Below the pieces are notes generated by a model, which did no database searches, was not told the origin of the DNA, and saw only the letters and a program-made list of their open reading frames with translations. From the NCBI GenBank assembly GCA_963740315.1, contig CAVUDP010000002.1, positions 1,312,001 to 1,376,000 on the forward strand: 64,000 nt of DNA, read 5' to 3'. Source of the DNA: an uncultured cyanobacterium. Its GTDB lineage: Bacteria > Cyanobacteriota > Cyanobacteriia > Cyanobacteriales > Nostocaceae. Positions 53,255-64,000 of this stretch are shown here, in pieces. The translations under genes and the position numbers were made by a program. Position 1 is the stretch's first letter; each line of letters opens with the position of its first letter.

Positions 53255-54706
53255 TCAAACTTTTTTCAGCTTAATTTGCAGTTCACTTTTGATGCGATTG
53301 AGAATTGAAGACTCATCAAGGTTTGCTAAAATTTTTCCAATTACCGCTTTTGGTCCATCTGGTCCCCAAGTAGCTCCATTAGCTAAATATGCCTTGGTGA
53401 CTTGCCCGATACCATAAGAAGAAACGCCAGCGACACCGGCTTGAGTAAGTGCAACCGATATATAAGGACCAAGTGTCACCCCACCAGTAGCTGGTGCAGA
53501 AATACCAAGCAAAGTTTTTAAAGAACCTAATCCCAAATTTGCTAGCAGTTCGCTGGCACTAATTCCGCCCATACTCAAAGCGATTTTTTGTAGCAATTTT
53601 ATCGCTCCGGCTTCCGTCATCGGAATACCGTAAAGCCGGGATAACCCCAGAACTAAAAAAACATCAATAGTCGCAGCACTGAGAATATCTAATACCGTCA
53701 CCGGGTTAAGAGCCACAGCTAAAGCCTTAGTCATTACTGACTTCCAAATCAACTGATTTGCCGCAGTTTCGCGCAATTGTAATTTACGCTGCACCAATAG
53801 ATCGTTCACATCGTCGGCATAAAGCATGGTATTAAGAGCAACTAAAGCTTTACCTTCGCGGTGCAGAATCTCCAATATTTTTAGCTTTAAATCTTCAACT
53901 TGAGGTTTTCCTTTACGCAACTGCACCCCCTTAGAACCATCATCGCGACGAACTAAGGTTCTAACTAAAGGTGAAGCAGCAGCTGTAACAATTTCCGAGG
54001 GTGAAAGCAATTCTTTGACTCGTTCATCGCGAATCTTTTCGTAAACTGCGATTCTGTCAGCTTTCGGATATTGGTCTACCTTATTAAACACTAATAAAAT
54101 TGGTTTACGAGCTTCTCGTAACTGTGAAAGGGCTTCGTGTTCCAGTTTCGTCATATCCCCAGAAATCACAAACAAAATTAAATCTGCCTGTTGGGCAATT
54201 TGTTCTGCCAATGCAGTTCGAGTTTCACCATCAACTTCATCCAATCCCGGCGTATCAATCAACTCCACTCGCGATTGTCCGCTACTGCTAGAAAAAGTTA
54301 CTCGTAGAGCCAGCCCTGAATCACCAAAAGTTTCTTCATTAATAGTCCAATTAACAGTTTGTGCATCGCGAGTCACACCATGCAAAGGTCCGGTTTCAAA
54401 AACCTCTTGTCCAACCATTGCATTAAGTAAAGAAGACTTACCTCGTCCCACCATACCAAAAGCAGCAATCTGGATAGTCATGCTTTCCAACTTTGTCAGC
54501 ATCGCTTCCAAATCGGCGATTTCCATCTCTAGCCCTTGAGTTTCCGATAAACTTAGGTTAAGATTCGCCACCATCTCACGCAGTGCCGTTTGTGCCTGCT
54601 TATAGTGAAGTTCGGTTTGTATCTCTTCAAAAGTGAAAATCGCTTTATCCAGTTCTTCAGTACTATAATTATTTTGAGGTTCCGGTAAAGGTAATTCAGA
54701 AGTCAT
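53255..54706 (-). CDS. Era-like GTP-binding protein with DUF697-like C-terminus
   Basis: GMVGRGKSS, DTPG and NKVD. Confidence 0.85.
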   Translation of the reverse strand: MTSELPLPEPQNNYSTEELDKAIFTFEEIQTELHYKQAQTALREMVANLNLSLSETQGLEMEIADLEAMLTKLESMTIQIAAFGMVGRGKSSLLNAMVGQEVFETGPLHGVTRDAQTVNWTINEETFGDSGLALRVTFSSSSGQSRVELIDTPGLDEVDGETRTALAEQIAQQADLILFVISGDMTKLEHEALSQLREARKPILLVFNKVDQYPKADRIAVYEKIRDERVKELLSPSEIVTAAASPLVRTLVRRDDGSKGVQLRKGKPQVEDLKLKILEILHREGKALVALNTMLYADDVNDLLVQRKLQLRETAANQLIWKSVMTKALAVALNPVTVLDILSAATIDVFLVLGLSRLYGIPMTEAGAIKLLQKIALSMGGISASELLANLGLGSLKTLLGISAPATGGVTLGPYISVALTQAGVAGVSSYGIGQVTKAYLANGATWGPDGPKAVIGKILANLDESSILNRIKSELQIKLKKV

Positions 54707-55065
54707 ATAAATTTTAGATTTTAGATTATAAATTTTAGATTATAAATTTTGTTACGCCTTCTTCCATCCTAATGATTTTTGGGCATGGGGTATTGGGCAT
54801 TGGGTGATAGGGTGATGGGGAGACAAAGGGACAAGGGGGCAAGGGGACAAGGGGAGAAAAGATTAATTTAATATAAATTGCTTCCTCCGCAACCGAAGGC
54901 TTCCTCCGCAACCGAAGGCTCCCTCCGCAATATCACTCCTCACTCCTAACTCCTCACTCCCAACTTTGACCTTTGACCTTTAACCTTTAACCTTACAATT
55001 AGTTCCGAAAAAGTCATAAACTAAAAATTGCATTAAGTAGCTTATTGGACTTGACTGAATCACCT

Positions 55066-55791
55066 GTGCGAAAAATTGTTATTGCTGGCAACTGGAAAAT
55101 GTTTAAAACCAGGGCAGAATCCAAGGAATTTTTAGGAGGATTTATGCCTTTATTACAAGAAACTCCCGACGATAGAGAAGCGGTATTGTGCGTTCCTTTT
55201 ACAGATTTAAGCGTTTTATCGAGGAATTTGCACGGTAGTCGCATCAGGTTGGGAGCGCAAAATGTTCATTGGGAAGAAATGGGAGCTTATACGGGTGAAA
55301 TTTCCGGTTTGATGCTCTCTGAAATTGGGGTAAGTTATGTCATTGTCGGTCACAGCGAACGACGGCAATATTTTGGTGAAACGAATGAAACCGTAAATCA
55401 GCGCCTCAAAGCCGCTCAAAAGTACGGATTGACACCGATTCTTTGCGTTGGGGAAACCAAGCAACAAAGAGATGCCGGAGAAACCGAATCGATAATTACC
55501 AACCAAATCAAGCAAGCCTTGATAGATATTGACCAAAATAATCTGGTAATTGCTTACGAACCAGTTTGGGCAATTGGTACCGGAGATACTTGTGAAGTTA
55601 CCGAAGCCAATCGAGTTATCGGTTTGATTCGCAGCCTGTTGAGCAATAAAAATATAACTATTCAATATGGAGGCTCTGTAAAGCCGAATAATATTGATGA
55701 GATTATGGCTCAACCTGAAATTGATGGTGCTTTAGTTGGTGGAGCAAGTTTGGAATCCCAAAGTTTCGCCCGAATTGTCAATTTTAAATAA
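55066..55791 (+). CDS. tpiA: Triosephosphate isomerase
   Basis: [28 protein letters not shown] and LVGGASL; GTG start at 55066. Confidence 0.98.
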   Translation: MRKIVIAGNWKMFKTRAESKEFLGGFMPLLQETPDDREAVLCVPFTDLSVLSRNLHGSRIRLGAQNVHWEEMGAYTGEISGLMLSEIGVSYVIVGHSERRQYFGETNETVNQRLKAAQKYGLTPILCVGETKQQRDAGETESIITNQIKQALIDIDQNNLVIAYEPVWAIGTGDTCEVTEANRVIGLIRSLLSNKNITIQYGGSVKPNNIDEIMAQPEIDGALVGGASLESQSFARIVNFK

Positions 55792-56038
55792 AAAGGCAAA
55801 AAAGTTAGGACCACCGGAGTGAGGAGTTAGGAGTTAATAAGGTTGAAGGTTAAAGGTTAAAAATCAAAGGTTAAAGGTGTAATATAACTTTCTTTCCATC
55901 CCTTTGTCCCCTTGTCCCCTTGTCCCCTTGTCCCCCCATCTCCCCATCTCCACATCTCCCCCGAACCCCCGAACCCCATCTCCCCATCCCCTTATCCCCT
56001 TGTCCCCCCATCCTAATGATTTTTACAAAGAATTTCTA

Positions 56039-56860
56039 ATGCTGAATTTCAACTGGGGCGATCGCACTTTTTTAATGGGGGTTTTAAATGTTACGCCTGA
56101 TAGTTTTAGCGATGGTGGCGAGTTTAATCAACCCACTACTGCTTTAAATCAAGCATTAGCTTTGGCTGCTGCTGGTGCGGATATTATCGATGTGGGCGGA
56201 CAATCAACTCGCCCTGGTGCGGAACAAATTTCTGTAGAAACAGAACTCGAACGAGTGCTTTCGGTTATAAAAATTATTCGTCCAAAAATTAATATCCCAA
56301 TTTCTGTAGATACCACAAGAGCTAGTGTTGCTTCTTCTGCTGTTGATGCTGGTGCGGATATGGTCAACGATATCTCTGGCGGCACTTTTGACTCGTCTAT
56401 GTTTTCTACTGTTGCGAGTTTAAATGTGCCCCTAGTATTAATGCATATCCGAGGAACTCCGCAAACAATGCAGCAAATGACCGATTATCAAGACGTAATA
56501 GAGGAAATATCTAATTTTTTGTTACAACAAATAACCGCAGCGACAACTGCGGGAATTAAAAGGGAAAAAATTATTATCGACCCCGGTATTGGTTTTGCTA
56601 AGAAATTAGAACAAAATTTAGAAATTTTTCGCCGCTTAACAGAATTAAAAAAGCTTAACTGTCCGATTTTAGTTGGACCATCTCGTAAAAGCTTTATTGG
56701 ACATATTTTGAACCAACCAGACCCCAAAGCCAGAGTTTGGGGAACTGCTGCGGCTTGTTGTGCTGCTATTTTTAATGGTGCCGATATCTTACGAGTTCAC
56801 GATGTTGAACAAATGCGCGATGTTTCAATGGTTGCCGATGCCCTATGGCGAGCAAATTAG
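56039..56860 (+). CDS. folP: Dihydropteroate synthase
   Basis: GVLNVTPDSFSDGG, STRPG, DPGIGF, SRKSF and RVHDV. The upstream ORF extension is STRR-derived. Confidence 0.97.
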   Translation: MLNFNWGDRTFLMGVLNVTPDSFSDGGEFNQPTTALNQALALAAAGADIIDVGGQSTRPGAEQISVETELERVLSVIKIIRPKINIPISVDTTRASVASSAVDAGADMVNDISGGTFDSSMFSTVASLNVPLVLMHIRGTPQTMQQMTDYQDVIEEISNFLLQQITAATTAGIKREKIIIDPGIGFAKKLEQNLEIFRRLTELKKLNCPILVGPSRKSFIGHILNQPDPKARVWGTAAACCAAIFNGADILRVHDVEQMRDVSMVADALWRAN

Positions 56861-57035
56861 AACAGTTCAAATTTGAAAGCCGAAGGTAAAATGGGAAAAT
56901 TGGTAAAGCCTCAAAGAATACAGCATAATAGCGATCGGCACAAAAGAAACTCGTTACCAATTTCCCGACTTTTATTTATTTTGTTTCAACGAAAGACCAA
57001 CAGTTAATTTTTTCGTCATTAATACAATTTTTAGC

Positions 57036-57896
57036 TTACTGTTCCGAACCATTGCCATTTCCGTTTTTAGGCTTTGTTGAAATATCTTCGGCTACTGTTT
57101 CAGCCGTAATTTGGTCGATAATATCTTTCTGACCGGAACCGGGATCAACAAAAACAACTTTGGAATTAGGGCTTTCACCTAATTTGTAACTGGCATTAAT
57201 ATAATCTTGAGCTACCAAATACCGCAGAATTTCTTTATTCTCAGGCACGCTACGCAAAGCTTCGGAAAGAATCTGCATACTGGTACTAGTACCTTCAGCT
57301 TTCTTAATTGCAGCTTGACGTTCGCCTTCTGCTTCCATAATTGCAGCACGGCTCTTGATTTCAGCAGCGCGTTGATCTTCCATTGACTTCCGCACGCTTT
57401 CGGGAGGTGTAATTCTTTGAATATCTAACCTCACGATCTCAACTCCCCAATCTGCGGTAATCTCATTCAACATATCCAACAATTCTTTATCCATCTCTTT
57501 TCTAGAGGCATTAGTTTCCTCTAAAGTATTAGTCGCAATTATTTCCCGCAGCGAAGTTGTAGTAATTTGAGTTAAACCTTGTGCCAAATCATCAATTTGG
57601 TAAAAGCTTTTCTCCATGTCTTTGATGCGCCAATACACGATCGCATCTATTTCTAAGTAGATATTATCTTTGGTAATTACATTTTGCGGCTTAATATCTA
57701 ATATCTGTTCCCGCGTAGTATCTTCCATTACAACCTGGTCGATCAGAGGAACGATGAAATTTAATCCAGGTCGTAATTTACGATGATACTGACCCAAACG
57801 TTCTACTAGAGCTTCGTTACCTTGGTTGATAATCTTTGCCGATCCTAATGAATAACCTATAAGCACTAAAAATATAGCAATAAGAATGGGTGGCAC
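57036..57896 (-). CDS. SPFH/stomatin-like (band 7) protein
   Basis: VERLGQYHRKL.PGLNFIVPLID, QNVITKDN and WGVEIVR. Confidence 0.92.
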   Translation of the reverse strand: MPPILIAIFLVLIGYSLGSAKIINQGNEALVERLGQYHRKLRPGLNFIVPLIDQVVMEDTTREQILDIKPQNVITKDNIYLEIDAIVYWRIKDMEKSFYQIDDLAQGLTQITTTSLREIIATNTLEETNASRKEMDKELLDMLNEITADWGVEIVRLDIQRITPPESVRKSMEDQRAAEIKSRAAIMEAEGERQAAIKKAEGTSTSMQILSEALRSVPENKEILRYLVAQDYINASYKLGESPNSKVVFVDPGSGQKDIIDQITAETVAEDISTKPKNGNGNGSEQ

Positions 57897-58225
57897 GATT
57901 TATGCTCCTTGTACAGCAATAGGAAAATTTACTTTATGTTCGTGGTACTTAACTACGTTGTCAAAATTTTAGTTTAATAATTATCAACGTGTAATTTTAT
58001 TATCACGCTTGGACTACTTCAGACAAGAGACAGTTCCCACCAGCACATATAATACAAGTATCTTTTTTTTATGACACTGTTATTTAAACATCATTTTTGC
58101 AATAGCGCTCAAGTTAGTTGTTAAGAGTTAGCAGTTCATAATTCTACTTTCTCTACCCCCGAACCCCCGAACCCCCGAACCCCCGAACCCCCGAACCCCC
58201 CTCTACCCCCGAACCCCATTCCCAA

Positions 58226-59893
58226 TTACCGCCTTGTCAACTCTAGCCAAGGTTTAATATTCGCAGGTAGTTCAGAATTCAAGCGCAATTTAATTTGTGG
58301 TGTAGAAAAAGATTGAGCGTAAGCAGAAGTTAGAAACGGTTGATAGGTTTTTGCTTCGGGTGTCAGTTGCTTGACGAATGCTACACTTACCCCTTGAAGT
58401 AATTCCCGTAAAGGTTCAGCTTGTATTCCTCGTCGCTCTTTAACGATCGCTGTAGCTGAATTTACGGGATTCGCTCCATCACTTATACTTAGGTGCGTTC
58501 CCCCAATTGCTGTTAATAGATACTTTTGAGCGCCTAACTGATTGAAAGGCTTTATCTGATGTCTTAAGGCTGGTGTCAGCGCGTCTTCGGTTCCGGTTAA
58601 TATTAAAACTGGTTTATTAATTTCGCTTAAACCTTTGTCACCAAAGATTTTACCCGCCAGCGGATTCAGCGCGATCGCACTTTTAACTCGTTCGTCTCCA
58701 AGCTGTATTTTGTTTTCTGGTAAGGAAGCTGCGGCACATTCTAACCAGTCGCCCGGTGCGTTCGCTATATTTAAAGATTTATTACAAAAAGAACGCAGTT
58801 GCTGTATGTTGATTTCTCCCCCTGCTACAGCTAAGGCGGTATAACCTCCTAAAGAATGTCCGATAACGCTTACTTGTTGAGTATTTAATTTTCCTTGAAA
58901 TCTTCCCGGTTGATTATTTAGTTTTGCTAATTCATCTAGTAAAAAGCTAATATCTTTTGGTCGATCGATAAATTCTGTTGGACTGAGCAATTTTTTTAAA
59001 TCGGGTGCATTTGTGGCTCGCTCGATCGCAGTCATTTTGCTATCTGGATGTTCGATAGCCGCAACGCTAATTCCGTAAGAAGCCAAATGACGCGCTAAGT
59101 AAGCTAAATACCGACGATTTGCACCAAAACCGTGGGATATTACAACCAATGGCTGTATTGATTGTTTAACTCCACTTAAATAAATATCTACGGGAATAGT
59201 CCGATTTCGCTTTGTGTCTCGCAGTGTAATTGTTTGATATTCGATTGGTTGTTTGCCAATAGTTGCTGGATTGAAATTTTTAAAAGTGCGATCGGTGTCT
59301 GTTTGATTCTTTACATATAATTCTCGTGCGAGTAAAGAGCCAAAAGCTTGACTTTGCAAGCGATTGGGATTGAATTCCACAGCCAAACTGACAGCTTTTG
59401 TAGCATCTAAAGTAACATTTTGCTGGGGATATGCTCGTAAAAAGCCGACTAAACTCAAACCGTTAAATTGTCTTAAAGCTAATTGAATTGCACCTTGCAC
59501 GCTTTCAATACTGGAGCCTGGTAAAGCTGCTGTCAATGAAGTTATTAGTTGTCTACCAAGGGACGTTTTTTGTAGCTCTTCGGTAAAATTATCGGCTGCT
59601 GAAGGGTCTATTTCTAAACGCTGTTGTAATATTCTTCGCGTTTGAGCGGGAAGTATTGATGAGAAAGCTTGTAGCGAACTAGGTAATTTACCAGTATTGG
59701 CAAACTCTTCTAAATCGGCTATTTTTACTAACTGTTCAAAGGGACCAAAGCGAATAGTAACTGTTTGGGCAGCAGAGGCACTATTTATACCCAGTGAAGT
59801 GCAGCAAGCAAAGGTTAAGCCGCACAATAAACCTTTGACACCGAACATACCCGCTTTAAATCGTCGTTCGGCTTTAAATAACATATTGGTCAT
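58226..59893 (-). CDS. Alpha/beta hydrolase with N-terminal DUF1400-like domain
   Basis: VVISHGFG, DRPKDISF, GHSLGG nucleophile elbow and GGTH. Confidence 0.88.
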   Translation of the reverse strand: MTNMLFKAERRFKAGMFGVKGLLCGLTFACCTSLGINSASAAQTVTIRFGPFEQLVKIADLEEFANTGKLPSSLQAFSSILPAQTRRILQQRLEIDPSAADNFTEELQKTSLGRQLITSLTAALPGSSIESVQGAIQLALRQFNGLSLVGFLRAYPQQNVTLDATKAVSLAVEFNPNRLQSQAFGSLLARELYVKNQTDTDRTFKNFNPATIGKQPIEYQTITLRDTKRNRTIPVDIYLSGVKQSIQPLVVISHGFGANRRYLAYLARHLASYGISVAAIEHPDSKMTAIERATNAPDLKKLLSPTEFIDRPKDISFLLDELAKLNNQPGRFQGKLNTQQVSVIGHSLGGYTALAVAGGEINIQQLRSFCNKSLNIANAPGDWLECAAASLPENKIQLGDERVKSAIALNPLAGKIFGDKGLSEINKPVLILTGTEDALTPALRHQIKPFNQLGAQKYLLTAIGGTHLSISDGANPVNSATAIVKERRGIQAEPLRELLQGVSVAFVKQLTPEAKTYQPFLTSAYAQSFSTPQIKLRLNSELPANIKPWLELTRR

Positions 59894-60007
59894 TAGTTCG
59901 TATTTATACTGGTTAGATTTAGTTGCGAACGCTTAAATAAAATAAATAAATAAAACTGGCTTTTTCACGGAAATACTTAAAAAAATAGTTAAAACTATTA
60001 CATTAAC

Positions 60008-60118
60008 TTGTTCCCAGCCGACCGGCTGGGAATGCATTTCTAAAGGCTCTGCCTCTAGGGGGTTGACGCTTCGGCAGAGCCTCGTGATGTGAGTTCCCAG
60101 TCTCTGGCTGGGAACCAG
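60008..60118 (-). repeat. Multi-hairpin dispersed repeat (homolog of 28862-28950)
   Basis: TTCCCAGCCGACCGGCTGGGAA, AGGCTCTGCC...GGCAGAGCCT and GTTCCCAGTCTCTGGCTGGGAAC. Confidence 0.8.
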
Positions 60119-60176
60119 TAACACACCCGCAGCACTGGTCACTGGTCACTGGTTACTGGTCACTGTTAACTGATAA

Positions 60177-60218
60177 GAGACTTGCGAAGTTTACGCTCCC
60201 GGCGCGATCGCAAGTCTC
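60177..60218. terminator. Hairpin downstream of the Wza-like gene
   Basis: GAGACTTGCGA ... TCGCAAGTCTC, an 11-bp IR. Confidence 0.5.
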
Positions 60219-60238
60219 CCTCACTAGACGAATATAAT

Positions 60239-61684
60239 TTATCTAAAGATTCCGAAGACTCTTAGAACGTTGAAAATAGTACCTAGAGGACCTGCGACCG
60301 TATTGATGGTATCACCAGTTTTGGCTATACCAGAACGGCTGACTAATACTACGTCATTACTACGAAGAATGGGATTAGTTTCCTCGTTGATTCCTGCCTT
60401 GAAATCTACTTTTACCAAGCGTTTAGTAACGGAACCATCGGGATTCAAACGAATCAGGTCAACTTTACCATCGGTAGCCCTAGCATCGTTAAATCCACCT
60501 GCTGCAAGTAAGGCTTGGTTAAGAGAACTATTAGGTTTAACTTGTACTGGTCCTGGTCTTTTGACTTCTCCTACAACGTTGATCTGAATTTGTGAAGGAG
60601 ACAAAGTTGTGGTCGCTAACTGCGTGGCTTCTGCTGGATTCACCTCAGTTGCAGTCGGGAATACAATCGTATCTCCATCTTGAACAATAATGTCTTGGTC
60701 AACATCACCGCTTGTTAACAACCTCCACAAATCAACGTTGATGATTTGTTCGGTACCCGTTCTTGTAGGTCGTCTAACTATGACGTTACGAACGTTCGCT
60801 GTTGGTGTAATTCCTCCAGCTAATTGCAGCGCTCTGGTTATGGTAGGTTGACCGCTGATAGTTGGCGTACCAGTGTCATTCCCAGTGCCTTGTGTATCTC
60901 CTGTAGTAACCAAATAAGAACCCGGACGAATTACTTCACCAACCACCGCTACAGTGCGGGGTCTGGTGGGGTCGGCGGCGAAGTTGGCTGCTGCTAAATT
61001 CCGCGCTCCTGCAACGTTAAAGTTTCTACTGGTTGGGACATAAACGGTGTCACCATCGCGTAAAGTAATATCTTGGAAACTTCGACCTGTTTTTATTAAG
61101 TCATCTAAATTAAGAGTTACTGTTTGCTGTCTTCCACCTCCAATCTGACGACGTAACTGCACTTCGGTGATGTCAGCACTCAAGGTAACACCCTGAGCGG
61201 TGGTTAAAGCCGCTAAAACGGTTGGATATTGAATACCTGGGTCTTGACCGGCACCACCGGACAAACTCAGAGTATAAGCCCCCGGACGTGTTACTTCCCC
61301 AGCAACAAATACGTTGATCGGACGGGGGGATAGTAAATTGACGGAAATAATCGGTCGTCTGAGAAAGCGACCGTATCTTCTCGCAATTGCATCAGCAGCT
61401 TGTTCCGTTGTCAGCCCATCAACGGCAACGCTACCAATCAGAGGTAAGTTAATCGCTCCGCCGGGAGGAATTACATATTCACCTGTATATTCGGGCACTT
61501 CAAACACATTTACCTTGATGCGATCGCCTCCGCCTAATGCGTAACTTGACCGAATTCGGGCTTCTTGCTGTGCCGATACTGGATTAACTGGTTCCAAAGC
61601 AACGGTTGCAGCAGTTAATAGCATTACACCCACTAATGGTCGCGCAACGAATTTTAATAGACCTGTGTTAAGCATATTCACCAC
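60239..61684 (-). CDS. Polysaccharide export protein (Wza-like; Poly_export plus SLBB domains)
   Basis: YALGGGDRI, GAINLPLIG..GLT and repeated GEV.RPG SLBB units. Confidence 0.9.
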   Translation of the reverse strand: MVNMLNTGLLKFVARPLVGVMLLTAATVALEPVNPVSAQQEARIRSSYALGGGDRIKVNVFEVPEYTGEYVIPPGGAINLPLIGSVAVDGLTTEQAADAIARRYGRFLRRPIISVNLLSPRPINVFVAGEVTRPGAYTLSLSGGAGQDPGIQYPTVLAALTTAQGVTLSADITEVQLRRQIGGGRQQTVTLNLDDLIKTGRSFQDITLRDGDTVYVPTSRNFNVAGARNLAAANFAADPTRPRTVAVVGEVIRPGSYLVTTGDTQGTGNDTGTPTISGQPTITRALQLAGGITPTANVRNVIVRRPTRTGTEQIINVDLWRLLTSGDVDQDIIVQDGDTIVFPTATEVNPAEATQLATTTLSPSQIQINVVGEVKRPGPVQVKPNSSLNQALLAAGGFNDARATDGKVDLIRLNPDGSVTKRLVKVDFKAGINEETNPILRSNDVVLVSRSGIAKTGDTINTVAGPLGTIFNVLRVFGIFR

Positions 61685-62021
61685 TCATAATTAGATTTGT
61701 AAAGCGCCGTCTTAATATTTTATTTTGACTATACTTAAGTATTCAAGTTCCATTACACTTTTATTTTCTAAAATAACCGGAACTTAATAGCGTCCAAGTG
61801 TTTCTTAAGTTTGAATTTTTAGTGAAGTTTGTATAAAGTGTAATTTGCTTTATACAAGATAATTGCGGCTAGAGTGACAATAAATACATCTGATTACTTT
61901 GAAATGAATACAATCATTCTATTCTTTAAATAGTATCAAGTAAATTCAGCCTCCTAAATAAATTCTTAATTTCTCTATCAAGTTTTTTTCACCGCATACC
62001 AAACATAAATCTCGCCATCTC

Positions 62022-62996
62022 TTATTTATCAAGTTTTCCCTGAATTTTCTGCATAAAAAACTCTTCCAAGGAAGGGCGATAGGCATTGAGAGAGAGCAGA
62101 TGTCCCCCCATTAAACGCAGGCTCGCCATAAAATCATACATTTCTCCTTGCAACTCGCCTTGCCACAAACCATCGGACAGAGATTCCAGGTTGGGAATCC
62201 ATTTTTGCAAACTTTCCCAATTGCCACCTTTACCTTTAACTCGATACGTATTGCGCGTTCCTAATAGTTGGGAAACATTGCCAGAACAAATTAACTCACC
62301 TTTATTGAGAATTGCAATGCGATCGCAAATTATTTCTACTTCGTTAAGAATGTGGCTGTTGAAAAAAATTGTTTTACCCTGCTGCTTCAGGTTTAAAATA
62401 ATTTCGCGCATCTGATAGCGTCCCATAGGATCTAAACCAGACATTGGTTCGTCCAAGAATATCAAATCTGGGTCATTAATCAAAGTTTGCGCCATCGCCA
62501 CACGCTGTTGCATTCCCTTACTGTAGCGACGCATCTGTTTTTTGCGAGCATCAAATTTGGATAATCCAACCAACTCTAGTAATTGAGGAATGCGTTGCTT
62601 TTGAACTTTTTTAGGAATTTGGAATAAATTCGCACTCCAAACTAGAAACTCCCAGCCAGTTAAGAAGTCATACAAATAAGCATTTTCCGGTAAATAGCCG
62701 ATATTTTGCTTGGCAGCGCGATCGCCAAGTGGTTTACCCAATAATAAACCTCGTCCAGAAGTTGGACGGATAATCGAGAGCAATAATTTCAATAGGGTGG
62801 TTTTTCCAGCACCATTTTGTCCGAGCAATCCAAAAGTCTCTCCTCGAAACACTTGCAAAGAGCAGTTTTTGAGGGATACGATTTTTTGATTCATCCAAAA
62901 ACCAGTGCGGTAAACCTTTCGTAGTTCCGAAGTCAGAACTACCGGGGAATCTTGAGTTATATCGGCAGAAAACGTAGTCTCTTCAACAGACTTCAT
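62022..62996 (-). CDS. ABC transporter ATP-binding protein
   Basis: GQNGAGKTT, YSKGMQQR, FLDEPMSGLDP and SH. Confidence 0.93.
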   Translation of the reverse strand: MKSVEETTFSADITQDSPVVLTSELRKVYRTGFWMNQKIVSLKNCSLQVFRGETFGLLGQNGAGKTTLLKLLLSIIRPTSGRGLLLGKPLGDRAAKQNIGYLPENAYLYDFLTGWEFLVWSANLFQIPKKVQKQRIPQLLELVGLSKFDARKKQMRRYSKGMQQRVAMAQTLINDPDLIFLDEPMSGLDPMGRYQMREIILNLKQQGKTIFFNSHILNEVEIICDRIAILNKGELICSGNVSQLLGTRNTYRVKGKGGNWESLQKWIPNLESLSDGLWQGELQGEMYDFMASLRLMGGHLLSLNAYRPSLEEFFMQKIQGKLDK

Positions 62997-63188
62997 GACT
63001 AACACACAGCAGTAAACTAATTACAAGATACCCAGTTGTGTGACCAGAATAACAATTTAATTTGAGAAAAGTTTATTCGGGAGTTAGGAGTGAGGAGTTA
63101 GGAGTTATGAGTTATGAGTTATGAGTTGGGAGTTAGGAGTTAGTAGGGAATAGTTAGTTTAACCAAAGAGCCTTTAACCTTTAACCTT

Positions 63189-63317
63189 AATACCGTTAAG
63201 TTGTGGTTAGATTTAGAAAAAAAGGATTTAATGAAAATGGGTTGTAATTGGTTGCGAGATTATTTAGCAAGTAATCCTGAAGAAAAAGAATTACGGAAGA
63301 TATGCACTCAAGGTTAA
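63189..63317 (+). pseudogene. Orphan C-terminal fragment of a WD40 protein
   Basis: Translates NTVKLWLDLEKKDLMKMGCNWLRDYLASNPEEKELRKICTQG*; the 5' part abuts an STRR array. Confidence 0.65.
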
Positions 63318-63404
63318 ATTATAAGATGCTGTTAGCGACAAGTAACCCACCAAAGTTGATCGGGATGGTGGGTTATAAGCGTATAAGACACCCTCTACGA
63401 TAAT

Positions 63405-63920
63405 TTATAATTGGGAAATCTCTTTTTCTTTAACTTTCCAAAAAGCAACAATTCCACTAATAATTACCTTAGTAACAGTTTCTCCAAAAATAATTGATAT
63501 AAGTTCTATTTGTGAAAAAACTCCAGCAAACGCAATACAGTTAAAAATTATCGTATCCAGAGGAATTGAAACTGCATTAGAACGAATAACTCTTTCTAAC
63601 CAAGGTTGTCGAATTGCATTTTGATAAATCTCTGTATCTGCTGCTTCTGCAATTACAATTGCAATCAAAGAAGCTAAAATAATTCGTCCTGGAACTTTTA
63701 AAAAATAAGATTCCAACACAGCCAAAAAAGCAGTAATAGCTACTGTAATATAAACCGCTTTTCTTCCCCGATAGTGATGGAGACGATCTCGCTGGTCAAA
63801 CGTCACCCCGAAGACTAAAGTACCAACTGCGACCTTTCCAAAAATTGGCAAGGGGATAAATAATGTCGCGGTATAGTTTGCGATTAATACCGCGATGATA
63901 TAAATAATTGCTGGAATCAT
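63405..63920 (-). CDS. VUT/YhhQ family putative queuosine-precursor transporter
   Basis: VGTLVFGVTFDQRD, ASLIAIVIAEAADTEIY and SNAVSIPLDTIIF..AF. Confidence 0.8.
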   Translation of the reverse strand: MIPAIIYIIAVLIANYTATLFIPLPIFGKVAVGTLVFGVTFDQRDRLHHYRGRKAVYITVAITAFLAVLESYFLKVPGRIILASLIAIVIAEAADTEIYQNAIRQPWLERVIRSNAVSIPLDTIIFNCIAFAGVFSQIELISIIFGETVTKVIISGIVAFWKVKEKEISQL

Positions 63921-63940
63921 AAACCAGTTATATGTAACCT

Positions 63941-64000
63941 TTAAAGCACTCCTTTAGAACTAGGTATGGTACTCGCACGCCGAGGATCGATTTCCGCAGC
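63941..64000 (-). CDS. hisB: Imidazoleglycerol-phosphate dehydratase, last 19 codons plus stop only
   Basis: AAEIDPRRASTIPSSKGVL* is the characteristic HisB C-terminus. Confidence 0.8.
   Translation of the reverse strand, partial: AAEIDPRRASTIPSSKGVL

Noticed and set aside
63921..64000. preQ1 riboswitch upstream of the VUT gene
   Set aside because: The region is the hisB coding 3' end, leaving only a 20-bp spacer.

Overview
A 64-kb chromosomal segment from a cyanobacterium, most likely a heterocyst-forming Nostocales strain. This is inferred from frequent HIP1 GCGATCGC sites, intergenic heptamer/octamer STRR arrays and an hglK-like gene. The backbone is housekeeping: petB/petD, ctpA, cpcS, nblB, tRNA-Ala(GGC), hisF, ruvB, ycf65, atpD/atpC, tpiA, folP, a Wza-type exporter and the 3' end of hisB. 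Six accessory features stand out. (1) An intact IscB RNA-guided nuclease with an upstream omegaRNA-like region, sitting in front of a site-2 protease gene. (2) A membrane-anchored coiled-coil protein built of 180-bp repeats. (3) A split NLR/Apaf-1-like operon (STAND-like NTPase with an in-frame amber stop, Apaf-1-like helical domain plus WD40, second NTPase) next to Uma2 and tRNA-Ala. (4) A GT1 glycosyltransferase destroyed by a precisely mappable IS630 insertion, next to a GT11 fucosyltransferase and an acyltransferase. (5) A four-gene partner-switching module (kinase, STAS, PP2C phosphatase, kinase-STAS fusion) whose phosphatase carries a NarX/McpN-type nitrate-binding box; this is the best candidate for an undescribed system. 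(6) Many MITE, REP and SDR-like small repeats, some nested. All family calls come from motif recognition by eye; no database searches were run.
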